NCBI RefSeq assembly: GCF_006345805.1
Contig: NC_042998.1
Span: 94,178,001 to 94,242,000, forward strand
Origin: Octopus sinensis
Lineage: Eukaryota
DNA length: 64,000 bases
Reading direction: 5' to 3'
In this document: positions 1 through 12,690 of the stretch, in pieces
Layout of the letters: each line of letters starts with the position of its first letter
Numbering within the stretch: the stretch's first letter is position 1
The notes under the pieces: generated by a model
Told to the model about the DNA's origin: nothing
Database searches by the model: none
What the model saw: only the letters and a program-made list of their open reading frames with translations
Program-made: the position numbers and the translations under genes

Positions 1-203
1 AAGCTCCACTGCCAGCTTTGTCACGGTTAACTTTACAGCTTAACTTAGAGTAACTAGTAGCATGAATTTGAAGAACATAAACAAATACAAGTATATCAAA
101 TACTGTACAACATAAATTCATGATTTATTAAAATCATTGCTGCTTCTAAAGTATATATCATAATTACCCAATGGGAGTTAAGACCAGCTCCATAGGAGAA
201 CAG

Positions 204-241
<38 letters not shown>

Positions 242-2345
242 GGAGAGAGACAGAGACAGAGAAAGAGAAGTTAGACAAGGCTGGTTTATGGGGTTACCCT
301 GGGTTTCACATCCATAAAGCACTTAGCTTTACAGTGTATCATCAGATCCCAAAACCTGTTGTCTGATGGCCTCTCTAGCAAGTGGCCTCTCTAGAAAATG
401 GACGAGGAAAAGGTTTTGTTACCTTATGTCAACATCCGGAGATTGTCTCCCTTTGGCTGTTGATCATAAATGACCCTGTTATCGTGTGGCTTCCAGTAGC
501 CCAGCAGGAATTTCCTGAAGTGCAAGCATGGTCCGAAGACCTCTACTCTGGAGTTAAGGATGTTCCCCGGTTGAGAACACACACACGCGCACACACTCAA
601 ATGCAGGCATGCATGGAAGATGAACATTAAACGATGATAATGATGATGACGATGATAATGATGATATATATATATATATGTATACACAATGAATTTCTTT
701 CAGTTTCTTATTTCTTTACTGCCCACAAGGGGCTACACACAGAGGGGACAGACAAGGACAGACAAAGAATTCTCCAAAGCTGACATGCCATTAAAGGAAA
801 GGACAAGTTTATTGCCTGGAGATAAGAGGATAGTCACAAACATATGTTCCTGCCTCTATAAATGTCATCAGTACAACCTTATTGTTCAACCTTATGTCCT
901 GTAGTCAAGTGACTTAGGCTTGTGGATTCATGTGTGTAATACATATTGAACTCTGTCTTTCATGCTGGTTGAGAATGCCTTCTCTACAATACTTCAATAC
1001 TTCAACCTACTCAACCCTTTGTCCCTTCATTTTTGAGGGTCTGTTTTCCTTAGATCTGATTTCTCCACTTCTTCATCCACTCTCTCATTTCTCTCTACTT
1101 TTCTGACCAACATCATTCACATCACATATTCATATTAGTAAAGCTGTTCTTCTTTCTCATATCAGCAGTGCTGTGTAGCTGTTATATGCAGTTGCCCCTC
1201 TCACACATGTCTATTCTAACATGATACTAAAAAACACTTAAGAAAAATAACATAAAAATCTTCTATATTACAAGACTTGTGTAATATCATTAATGAAAAA
1301 AAAGCCTTACACTGACAGCTGATGTGTTTAATCCCCAACTGCTTTCTTATCTCACTTACACTTTGCCTTTCCTGCATTGTAAATCTAAATAATCATGCTC
1401 GGTTCATTCTTCTTTGTTTGCCACAGGTGTCTTACATTCAATTTCCAAGTCTCACTAGTGTTCAATATCAATTTTCTTCCATATCCTTCAAATACACTGT
1501 CTTTTCGAATAGAGAGAGAATTTTTTAAATTCCGACTTTAGTAAGAGTTCTCTGATTAGTTCCCAACTTTTATATAGGAGTATCCCCAGTGACTTGCAAA
1601 AGCACTTGTTCCACATAAAAGCACCCACGACAGTGCCACACATGACCAACCATGCTGGTACCACCCAAAAGCACCTATGCTGCTGCCATGTATAATGAAC
1701 CTATGCTGGTGTCACTTAAAAGGCACCCAGTGCACTCTGTAAAGTGGTTGGCATTAGGAAGGGCATCCAGCTGTAGAAACCATGCCAAAACTGACAATTG
1801 GTGCCTAGTCAGCACTCCAGCTGGCCAGATCCTGTCAGTCTGTCCAGCCTGTGCAAGCAAGGAAAACGAAGGATAAATGATGATGATATTCATCTAAGTT
1901 TATTTCATTTTATCTTTTAATCAGAAGGGAAGGCAGTGCCCATGACTTTTTACAAGGCCCTCCACCAAAACTTCTGAGAGGGAGGAAGGTATCCTCAGAC
2001 TGGAGATCAGGTCCCTATGTTTACAACAGAGTGGATTCTGCTAAAGAAACCCTAGGTGCCAGATGGTTATGTGAAACTGAACAATAGATTAAGTCTACCA
2101 TTCAAGAGTCCATGGTGAGTTTTGAACCCAAAATGCATAGAAATGAAATAATTACTATAGGGCGTCTGGTTTGACATGCTTACAGCTCTGCCAATCCACA
2201 AATGTTGGTAAGTACTATTTTATCAACTCCATAAGAATAAAAGGTAAGGTTGACCTTGGTGGAATTTGAAGCCAGGAATTAGGAACTAGAACAAGATATC
2301 TGGTCCATTATTCTTATAGTTCTACTTATCCACTACCCTAGATTG

Positions 2346-2686
2346 TTACCTCTGACTTAGCAAAGGTGGAGGTATTGTTTTCAGTCATGTCTGTTTGTTT
2401 GTCCGTTGACAAGATACCTTGAGAACCACTGGATGGATTCAGATGAAACTGGCACAAACTATTTAGATGTTGGGATTGATTCAGTACTGGAGAAGGATTC
2501 TGGATTATTTTTCTAGTTTTTTTACTTAATTTTTGAGAGCAGTCAGATTCATTTTTAGTATTCTTGTTTGTGAGGGCAGTCAAGTTTATTTAAGATATTC
2601 TCACTTTAAAAATCATCTCTGACTAATTGTTGAGAGGACGTTGGTGTTGCCTTGGTGGAGGTTTGTGCTCTCTGAGTGCTCTTGTT
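2346..2686 (+). mobile_element. Helentron-associated non-autonomous element (HINE/DINE-1-like), degenerate
   Basis: 5' TTACCTCTGAC...GGAGGTATTGTTTTC, (GTYY)n tract, 3' GGTGGAGGT then GTGCTCTCTGAGTGC stem-loop and CTTGTT; same architecture as 28733-29127. Confidence 0.55.
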
Positions 2687-3246
2687 ATTTTTTGATCTAC
2701 CCAAAAGGATGAAAAGCAAAGTTGACCTTGGCAGGATTTGAACCCATAAAACAGCGAGTTAGAAGATATATAGCAAGACATTCTACTTGATTCCCTAATA
2801 ACTTTATCAGTTTGTCAACTTGATATTTTATGGTTATGAGTTTACTTAAATTGTTATTGCTACTGTTAGATACTGAAGTGGGTTTTTTTTATGTTGCTAG
2901 ACATTCAGACAGTTACAGAAATTATTTAAGGTAGGGGTTTTGCTGTGAGTTACTCTGAAAAAGAGAAATCTCATTGGACTGAACAAACTCTTGGATGACT
3001 GGCACCAAACATCACAAAGTAAAGTCTACAGTGGAATCCTCAGTACAAGACATCATTTGGAGGATCATGAATCACACAGAAATAAGGCAGGGCTAGAGGC
3101 AGAAATAAATGGATAGCAAAATCTGGAAGTTGTTAGTAAGGATTAAACAAGACAGAGGTACTTGTGAAGTATATATATTTATGCTCTGTTCTCTATAGCA
3201 AGCTGAAAGGCAGAGAAGTCCCTTAATATATATATATATATATATA

Positions 3247-3586
3247 CAAAATAAGAAAATGGAGAAATACATCTAAATCATTTATCAACTACCAGATAAT
3301 ACCCAATCACATACTTTATTAAACCACTACATAAGAACATTAAGGTTAAACATAAAAATATATAACAAAACAGCGTACATGAATGAGTAATACAATACAA
3401 TAAGTACAATCATTATAAGAGGATATAAATAAATGAATATAAATAGATATAAATATAAATATACACTATATCTTACAGCTGTTTCGGCCATGCAGATACG
3501 TATGTCTCATTTTACCCATATTAGCCATGTATAGTATGTCAATATGAAGTTATAAATGAGACATTTACAAATATATCTTAAGGCCT
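3247..3586 (-). mobile_element. Penelope-like pseudo-LTR fragment with the 3' half of a hammerhead motif, inserted in (TA)n
   Basis: Minus strand GGCC-long hairpin-GGCC-GAAA-CAGCTG-TA (TACAGCTGTTTC at 3474-3485); downstream AATAAA; (TA)n on both sides; CUGANGA box absent at the truncation point. Confidence 0.5.
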
Positions 3587-4719
3587 ATATATATATATAT
3601 TAAGGGACTTCTTTGCTTATATATATATATATACATATATATAAATGAGCATATATATAAATGAGCATATAGCAAGAAAATATATTAAAGTAAGCACATA
3701 ATGTACTTAGTTCTCCTTAGTAGATGATAGTAGTGACAATATCCAAGTAGATAAAGTATTAACTTACTAACTCAAAGGCGTTCAGTTCAAATCTACAGCT
3801 AGTATTTTGTTGTGTATTTGAGCAGTACATTTAATACTAAATGTCTTATTTCACTTAGCCATTTAGTAGAATAAGCACCAAACAAATTGGTGTATTCCCA
3901 ATATATTGGCATATCTTGGGAATGTCATTATGCCAATAATAAATACAAACACTGATTCTATTTTACTTCTTTTGTTATTATCAGCCAATATGTTAACCAT
4001 TTAACCAATTAACTAATTGACTGTTTGATTAATAATTTAGTGAATTAATTAACCAGTGAAGTTCATCAAAGCCTTATCACCATTTGCAACCTCATCTATT
4101 CTAAGTATGCTTCAAGATTGTCTGTCTGAATAAATTTGCATAATTCTATGGAATTAAAACTAAGTAGTGTTCTTTAATAATCTGTTGGAACTGAGATATT
4201 TTAAATTTTTATGTATTATGTGGTTCTTTGGTAACATTATCTAACACAGGTTCTAGATACATATGGTACAGTCTTTATCTTTTGTACGATTTTATCATGT
4301 GTAATTCTTTTGATTAATATTATCAAGGGATTAAAAGCAGTGTCAATTAAAGATGGATTTGTGTGAGTGCCATTAAAGAAGAAGTAATTTTTTTCCAAAC
4401 TAAATCCTTTCCCTAATAATAATTCCTACTTGAAGCCATTACTATCCACTTAAATTATGGATGTCCTTTAAAAAGATGTGTTCATGACAATTATTCTGTT
4501 AGCCTCCTAGAAATTTCTAGGTGTATGCTTATGTAAGATGTCAACTATAGTCCAATGCAAAATTAATACTCTAATTAACTAAAAAGCTGATTAACTACAG
4601 TTGATAATCCTTTATTCAAAATTCCAAGCCACCCCTAATAACTCCTAAATCACTTTTTTTAAAAATAAGAATGCATCATCGTCGTCGTCGTCGTCGTCGT
4701 CATCGTCGTCGTCGTCGTC

Positions 4720-4764
<45 letters not shown>

Positions 4765-5869
4765 TTATGACATCCATTTTCCATGATGGAATGGGTTGGA
4801 TGGTTCAATAGGAGCCAGTAAGCCAGAGGACTGAACCCAGCTTCAGTGTCTACTTTAGCATGAATGCCTTTCCTAATGCCAACCACTTTACAGAGAGTAC
4901 TTGGTGCTTTTTATGTGGTACCAGCACTAGTGAGGTCACCAAGTAATTCGTAAGTCAAGGTCCCTCAAATAAGGGGGAAAGCTCCAGAAAGGTGTCCAAA
5001 TTTTATGGCCATGTAATAATTTTAAAATAATTTTTACTCTCTATTTGACTTTTTAAAATATCAAATAATGCGAAATATGGTTTGTGAGAATTGCTGTATT
5101 TTAACATGTATAAAGAACCCATTTTTGCCAAAAATTAGGTTAAAAAAATATGAGAGTTTCTTATACATAGATAGTACTATAATCCATTACAAAACCTTTT
5201 TTTCCAGATTTTAAGTACAAAAAATGATGGGGTTTAAAATACAGTTTTTACATCTTTAGATCTTTTTGATAAATGCTTCACACTTATTTCAGCCATTTTG
5301 GAATATAACATACTGTTTCCATTTTACTAAAAGTGGTTTTCACATGAATTTGTTGCTCATAATGTAGTTTGATTTATTGTAACTTGCACAAATCAACTGG
5401 GTTGTAACCAGATATTGGTCACAAACAATATTTCTTTCATTTCTTTAAAAATGATTATTCTTATAAGTCTTCAGTTTTTATCAAAGTCTTATTGCTGGGA
5501 CGATATTATTAGAGAGAGCATTGTCCCAGCAACGAGACTTTAAAACAAATGAAGACTTATAACTAATAATTTTAAAAAAAAACTGGCAGTTATTTGTATG
5601 TTGGACAAAATGATCAGTGGTGTTTCGTCTGTCTTTATGTTCTGAGCTTGAATTCCATCGAAGCCAAATTTACCTTTTTATCTTTCATCCTTTCAGGGCT
5701 GGTAAAATAAATACCAGTTGAGTACTGGGGGTTGATGTAATCAACTATCCCCGTTCCTTAAAGTTTCGGGCACTGTGCCTATAGTAGAAAGGATTAGTTA
5801 TTATAGATAACTTTTGCAAACTTAATTTTTAAAATGAGAATATCTGAAATAAACTCAACTGCTTTCACA

Positions 5870-6128
5870 AACAAGAATACTAAACATGAACCCAATCGCT
5901 CTCAAAAATGAAGTAAAAAAAAACAGGAAAAATAAACCAGAATCCTTGTCCAGTACCAGATCAATCCTAAAATCTAATCAGTTTGTGCCAGTCATAAGGC
6001 CAAACATCCCTGAAAGTTTCATCCAAATCCATCTGGTGGTTCTTGGGGTATCTTGTCCATGGACAAACAAACAAACAAACAAACATGACTGAAAACAATA
6101 CCTTCACCTTCGCTAAGGCAAAGGTAAT
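5870..6128 (-). mobile_element. HINE/DINE-1-like non-autonomous element, partial
   Basis: Reverse complement of the TTACCT..GCCTTAGC..AGGTATTGTTTTCAGTCATGTTTGTTTG head seen at 2346. Confidence 0.5.
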
Positions 6129-7501
6129 AAGTACAAAACCAAGTTTTAGTTTAATAATTCTTTTATTACCAAATTTTTTGTGAAAAATCTCTCCACAACT
6201 AATATCCCTTGACTGTTTGTTTCCTTCAAAAGAATTTTAAAGTTTTCCTTCTTGTACAACTTAAGGCCACATAATGCTGGCTGTGACCAAATACAGAATA
6301 GAATAAGGATGGTAAATCTAATTAATACACTTATCAATGTTATCTAGTGGTTGTCTTTTGAGATGTGACATCGATTATCATTTGTTACTGAAACAACGCT
6401 GGTCCACACATACAAACATTCACATACTTCCCTTGTACACACACATACATACATACATATACTCACACAGAGCTGAAACACGGTTTGATTTTTCTTTTCA
6501 GCCCTGAATGTTCAGCATTCCACTTCCATTTTACAGACACACACATTCACATACATCCCTTTTACATATACTACATATACTCACACAGAGTTGAAACGCT
6601 CCCACTACCAGTCTGCCATCACCCCTTCTTTTCTCATTCATATGATGTGACTGAGAAAAACACAAGAGAATTAACATAGTAGATGTTTAAGACTAAAGGT
6701 GGGAGTAAGAGAGGGAGGAAAGTGAGCAACTTGATATTTTTATTATCTGTTCTTGGAGTCTTCTGTCTCTTTATGTTCTGAGTTCAAATATTGCTGAGGT
6801 CAACTTTGCTTTATCCTTTCTGAGTTGATCAAATAAATACCAGTTGAGCACTGGATTGATGTAATCAATGTCACCGTCACTTCATAATTGTTGGCCTTGT
6901 GCCAAATTTAGAATGAATTATTTGTTCAAGGAGTTTTAGTTGCTATTTCTAGCCAATTGAGAGACAATTCCTATTCAAAATTTTACGAACCATTATCAAA
7001 GAGCAGAAAGTGTATTTCCTTAAGATTATTTCCCTATTTTCATAATCTGTATATTTATCCGAGCATGATTGTTGCCAGGGCCGCTGACTGGCTCCTATGC
7101 CAGTGGCACATAAAAAGCATCATTCATTACCAGCATTGCCTTATGCATGATCATTACCAGCGTCACCTTACTGGCACTTGTGCTGGTGGCACGTGAAAAA
7201 CAGCATCCAAGTGAGGTTGTTGCCAGTGCCACTGGACTGGCTCCTGTGCAGGTGGCAGGTAAAAAACAACATTTGAGTGTGGCCATTGCCAGAACCGCCT
7301 GACTGGCCCTCATGCCAGTGGCAAGTAAAAGCACCCACTACACTCTCACAGTGGTTGGCATTAGGAAGGGCATCCAGCTGTAGAAATTCTGCCAGAGCAG
7401 ATTGGAGCCTGGTGCAGCCATCTGGTTTGCCAGTCCCCGGTCAAACCATCCAACCCATGCCAGCATGGAAAGCGGATGTTAAACAATGATGATACATTGT
7501 G

Positions 7502-7823
7502 AAGGCCCATGGCTTAATGGTTAGGGTATTCAGCTCATGATTGTAAGGTTGTGATTTCAATTCCTGGCAGCAAAATGTGTTCTTCAAGAAGAGACTTTAT
7601 TTCACATTGCTCCAGTCCACTCAGCTGGAAAAAATGAGTAGTACCTGCAATTCAAAGGGCCAGCCTTATCACATTCTGTGTCATGTTGAATCTCCCTGAG
7701 AATTATGTTAAGGGTACATGTATCTGTGGAGTGCTCAACCACTTGTATGTTAATTTCATGAGCAGGCTGTTCAGTTGATCAGATCAACTGAAACAATCAT
7801 CATCATAACCAACAGACTGCCAG
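7502..7823 (+). mobile_element. tRNA-derived SINE, family C (copies also at about 10640-10790, 22313-22560, 27533-27660, 33963-34270, 41430-41620 minus, 45225-45740 interrupted)
   Basis: A-box-like TGGCTTAATGG and B-box-like GATTTCAATTCC; shared body CTCCAGTCCACTCAGCTGG...TCAAAGGGCCAGCCTT...GAATCTCCCTGAGAA across copies. Confidence 0.7.
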
Positions 7824-8882
7824 TTATATGGGTTGGACGGTTTGACCGGGGCTGGCAAGCTGGAAGACTGCACCAGACTCCAGTCTGATTTGGCATGGTT
7901 CCTATGGTTGGGTGCCCTTCCTACCGCCAACCACTCAGAGAGTGTAATGGGTGCTTGTATGTGCCACTGGCCAGAGTGCCATTTGTGTGACACCAGTATC
8001 TGCCACAACTGATTTTACTTGGCTTGATGGGTCTTCTTATATATATGTATATATGTATGTATGTAAGTATGTATATGTGTGTGTGTGTGTGTGTGTGAGT
8101 GAGTATGTGTGTGTACATATATATACATACATATATGTAATACATACATATATGTGTGTATATATATATATATGCATATGGGTACGGGATGTCACAAAAC
8201 ATAAGCAACATGAAATATGAAAACAAATTTGGGTATGCAAACAACGAGAGAAACAAATGGAAAACAAAACAAGTAATGCATAGAACGAACCTTCATCAAT
8301 TGTCGGCTGTCTACTCCTCATTTTGAATTGCCAGCCTGCTCTGGCTCTTGTGCCGGTGGCTCGTAAAAAGCACCCACTACACTCACGGAGTGGTTGGCGT
8401 TAGGAAGGGCATCCAGCTGTAGAAACACTGCCAAATCAGACTAGAGCCTGGTGCAGCCTCCATGGTTTACTAGACCCCGGTCGAACCGTCCAACCCATGC
8501 TAGCATGGAAAACGGACGTTAAATGATGATGATGATGATGATGAATATGAGACTTCGAAAGGCAGTTGCTCCCGCAAACCAAAATAAAATTTGGGATTTG
8601 CGGAGGATCAAAGTTGGTAACAAAAACAGGACAGTGGAGGCATACAACAAATGAAAACAAACACAGAGGGCTGTTAGGCCAGACACGGTTAAGTTGTGAA
8701 TACTGGAGAAATATTGTCTCCGACAAGAAAAAAGATGGAAGAGGAGACAGATAAGAATACGTGTGGTCTGTACGACAGACTGAACGTAAAGAAAGATGAT
8801 CACATGAGGAAAAGAAAGATGGACGATGGTCATGAGTGTGAACGCCACACATCCATTTCCAAGTTAGGTTATATATATATAT

Positions 8883-9066
8883 TCTTTTATTTATTTCAGT
8901 CATTTGATTGTGGCCATGCTGGGGTACCACCTTTAGTCGAACAAATCGACACTAGTACTTATTCTATAGGTGTCTTTTGCCAAACTGCTAAGTTACTGGG
9001 ACGTGAACACACCAACATCGGTTGTCAAGCGAGTGTAGGGGGACAAACACAGACACACACACAAAT

Positions 9067-9128
<62 letters not shown>

Positions 9129-9297
9129 ATACAACAGGCTTCTTTCAGTTTCCATCTATCAAATCCACTCACAAGGCTTTGGTTGGCCCAAGGCTATAGT
9201 AGATAACACTTGCCCAAGGTGACAAGCAGTGATACTGAACCTGGAACCATGTGGTTGGTAAGCAAGCTACAATTACCATACAGCCACTCCTGCACCT
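8883..9297 (-). mobile_element. tRNA-derived SINE, family B (Meta-domain-like); copies at about 14450-14875, 15760-16150, 24305-24465, 25517-25675, 36548-36705, 37370-37532, 40940-41310, 46080-46340, 59335-59465
   Basis: Minus head AGGTGCAGGAGTGGCTGTATGG...GGTTCAGT; core CTTGGGCAAGTGT...CCAAAGCCTTGTGAGTGGATTTG...GAAACTGAAAGAAGCC; internal (TA)(TG)n; tail CCAGCATGGCC. Confidence 0.75.
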
Positions 9298-9832
9298 ATA
9301 TATTTATATAATATTAAAAATTACTTCAATCTTATATTAAAATATTACTTCAAAACCAGGAGAAAGATAAATACATTCCTTTGTTTCACTATTTCACTAT
9401 TTATTTTGAAGAGTTTATGAAAAGTGGAGCCAGCCATAGATGGATTCAAAATGAAAATGTTAAATGCAAAAATGATATGTAGATATTTTATGTATTTGAC
9501 AAGCTGAAGTCAAACACAAGGTAGTTTGTTCAGGTAAACATGAAGACATTGCCAAAGTCAAACCATTATATATGGAAACTGGACAAGTAGTAGATTTATA
9601 TAAAACTACCTTTGTGGTATATGTACGTGCAGTATTATAATATATAAATGGGGGATTTGTTAATGGTTGGAAGGTGAGAGATGACAATGTCATTGCTTGT
9701 CACTCAGTGATATTTGTAGAAGAGCAAATGTAAACAACACACATACAGATACACAACCATGTACACAACAATGCATGCATAAATATAGGACATACGTACA
9801 TACATACATACATAAACGTGCATTCATACATA

Positions 9833-10044
9833 CAAAGGGGTGCGGAAAAGCTCCTACCATTGGTTGAAATTAAAGGAGCATTAGTTAATTATGATTTTAT
9901 TCAACATATTTCACTCTCAGATTCACACACATACTGCAGCAGTCCTTCAGTTTTTCTAAGCCCTGTAAAAGAACCCAGAAGGTTGGATCTCCAGCCAGGC
10001 TTTTCACGATACACTTAAAACCAGGAACTTTTCAGCACCCCTTG
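9833..10044. mobile_element. Tc1/mariner-type MITE
   Basis: TIRs CAAAGGGGTGCGGAAAAGCTCCT and AGGAACTTTTCAGCACCCCTTG, flanked by TA on both sides; no coding capacity. Confidence 0.75.
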
Positions 10045-10058
10045 TATATACATACATA

Positions 10059-10545
10059 AGAAGAGAAACTGTGTACAATCGTAGAAATTAGCTGCCCAGT
10101 GGATGTTAACTCAAAGCTGAAGATGAGTTGAAAAGAGAACACCTATGCTGAGCTATTGAAAAATCTGCACTTACTCTATCCAGATTACAAGTTCAGGTTT
10201 ATACCTGTGATTATTGGGGCCCAGGGATCTGTAACATACTGCATAAATACCAATCTTGAGAAATTAGGCTTCTCAAAACCAGAAAGGAGAAAGATAATTC
10301 GAAGACTACAGATCCAATTCATCACAGGAAATGTAAAAATTTGTAAAATATGGGCATGTCTAGATATGCAACTATATGCATGAGAATACATACATGAAAC
10401 ATACCAATCTGCACATACATACAAAAATACCCTGTTGTTGATGTTGAAATTCCAATGAAGGAGACATGAATCTAGGTTAGAAACCGGTTCTTTCTCTTTT
10501 GGTAAGAAATCTTGAAATAAATTGAATAATGACATACATACATAT
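10059..10545 (+). mobile_element. 3' fragment of R4/Dong-like non-LTR retrotransposon (restriction-like endonuclease domain plus 3' UTR)
   Basis: Translates EEKLCTIVEISCPVDVN...YAELLKNLHLLYPDYKFRFIPVIIGAQG...GNVKICK with one stop; AATAAA then (CATA)n tail; CATACATA at the 5' junction. Confidence 0.7.
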
Positions 10546-11067
10546 GTACATACGTGTGTGTGTGTGTGTGTGTGGTGTGTGTGTGTGTGTGTGTGTGTGC
10601 ATGCGTGTGTGTGTGTGTGTGCACGTATCAAAGAACAGAAACTTGCAGTTAGGGCACTGAACTCTTAATTGCAAGATTGAGGCTTTGATTTCCTGACCAG
10701 GTGGTGAGTTGTTTCCTTGAGTACACTTTATTTCACAATGCTCCACTCTGCTCAGCTGTAAATGGGTAACCCTGAAATAGACTAGCCTTCTGATCAGTGG
10801 GAATGGTGCCACTTTGTTAGCCTAGCCAGCAGAGTGGCAGCATTCAAAAGCTAAAATAATGCGAAGTGCAGTTGTCTGGTAGATATCATGATACCATGGT
10901 ACCATGATGTATGTATGTGTGTGGGGAGTGGGAGGCATGACACAATGCTTTGGTCTGGCTAATTCTATATTAGGAAACACTTTCCCAAAGTGACATGCAG
11001 TGGAACTGAACCCAAAACGACATGGCTGGGAAGCAAGCTTCTTAACCACATAGCCATGCTTACAACA

Positions 11068-11098
<31 letters not shown>

Positions 11099-11190
11099 TT
11101 ACACGCACTCGCACACACAGACATGCTTATACACACACACATACACATATGATGGGCTTCTGACAGTTTCCACTTACGAAAATATATATG

Positions 11191-12690
11191 CATACCCAAT
11201 GACGGTGTAGCAGCATACTAGTCAACTGCTACAAAGGTAAAGGAGATGCCCTAGATACAAATAATTACAGAGGTATCAAGCTGTTGGATCAGGTAATGAA
11301 GGTTACAGGGAGGGTCATAGCCCAACTGATTAGGGAGAGAGTCAACTTGGATGAGATGCAGTTTGGTTTCATGCCAGGGAAAAGCACCACTGATGCCATA
11401 TTTCTGGTGAGACAGCTGTAGGAGAAATACCTAGCCAAAGATAAGCCCCTGTACCTGGCTTTCGTTGACATGGAGAAAGCCTTTGACAGGGTCCCCCGAT
11501 CCCTTATCTGGTGGTCAATGAGGAAACTAGGGATAGATGAATGGCTGGTGAGGGCTGTGCAAGCCATGTACAGGGATGCCGTAAGTAAGGTGAGGGTTGG
11601 CAACATGTACACAGAAGAATTCAAAGTAGAGGTTGGGGTCCACCAGGGTTCAGTACTCAGCCCCCTCCTATTTATCATAGTCCTCCAGGCAATTACAGAG
11701 GAATTCAAGACATGTTGCCCCTGGGAGCTCCTCTATGCTGACGACCTTGCTCTAATTGCTGAGTCACTATCAGAACTGGAGGGGAAGTTCCAGGTGTGGA
11801 AGGAGGGTTTAGAATCGAGGGGCCTTAGAGTCAACCTAGCTAAAACCAAAGTACAAATAAGTAGGAAAGTAGACAATCCACAAATGTCTTCAGGAAGATG
11901 GCCCTGCTAGATCTGTAGAAAAGGTGTAGGTAGAAACTCTATAAGATGTACCCAGTGTAAGCTATGGACACATAAGAGGTGCAGCAATGTCAAAGGAAGG
12001 CTAACTGGGAAGATAGTTTTTGTATGTGGCAGATGCTCAGGAGCAATAAACCCTGAAAATCTGCAGAAAACAACTTCCGTCACTTTCCAGGGAGAAAAAC
12101 TAGAAGTAGTTGATAGCTTCAGTTATCTAAGTGACCAAGTCAGTAGTGGGGGTGGGTGCGTTGAAAGTGTAACTGCTAGAGTAAGAATAGCCTGGGCAAA
12201 GTTTAGGGAGCTCTTACTTCTGCTGGTGACTAAAGGCCTCTCGCTCAGAGTAAAAGGCAGACTGTATGATGCATGTGTACGAACAGCCATGCTACATGGC
12301 AGTGAAACATGGGCCGTGACTGCTGAGGACATGCGTAAGCTGGCGAGGAATGAAGCCAGTATGCTCCGATGGATGTGTAATGTCAGTGTGCATACTCGAC
12401 AGAGCGTTAGTACCTTGAGAGAAATGTTGGACCTAAGAAGCATCAGTTGTGGTGTGCAAGAGAGACGATTGTGCTGGTATGGTCATGTGGCGAGAATAGA
12501 TGAAGATAGGTGTGTGAAAAAGTGCCAATCCCTAGCAGTTGAGGGAACCCATGGAAGAGGTAGACCCAGGAAAACCTGGGACAAGGTGGTGAAGCACGAC
12601 CTTCGAACTTTAGGCCTCACTAAGGAAATGACCAGCGACCGAGACCTTTGGAAATATGCTGTGCGTAAGAAGACCAGGCAGGACAAGTGA
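11191..12690 (+). pseudogene. RTE reverse transcriptase ORF remnant
   Basis: After a frameshift near 11205, one reading frame with premature TAG at 11419-11421 and 11908-11910 and the natural stop at 12688-12690. Confidence 0.9.

Noticed and set aside
9410-9735. Possible APE endonuclease remnant (VDILCI*...)
   Set aside because: Only one weak motif with several stops; cannot be supported without a profile search
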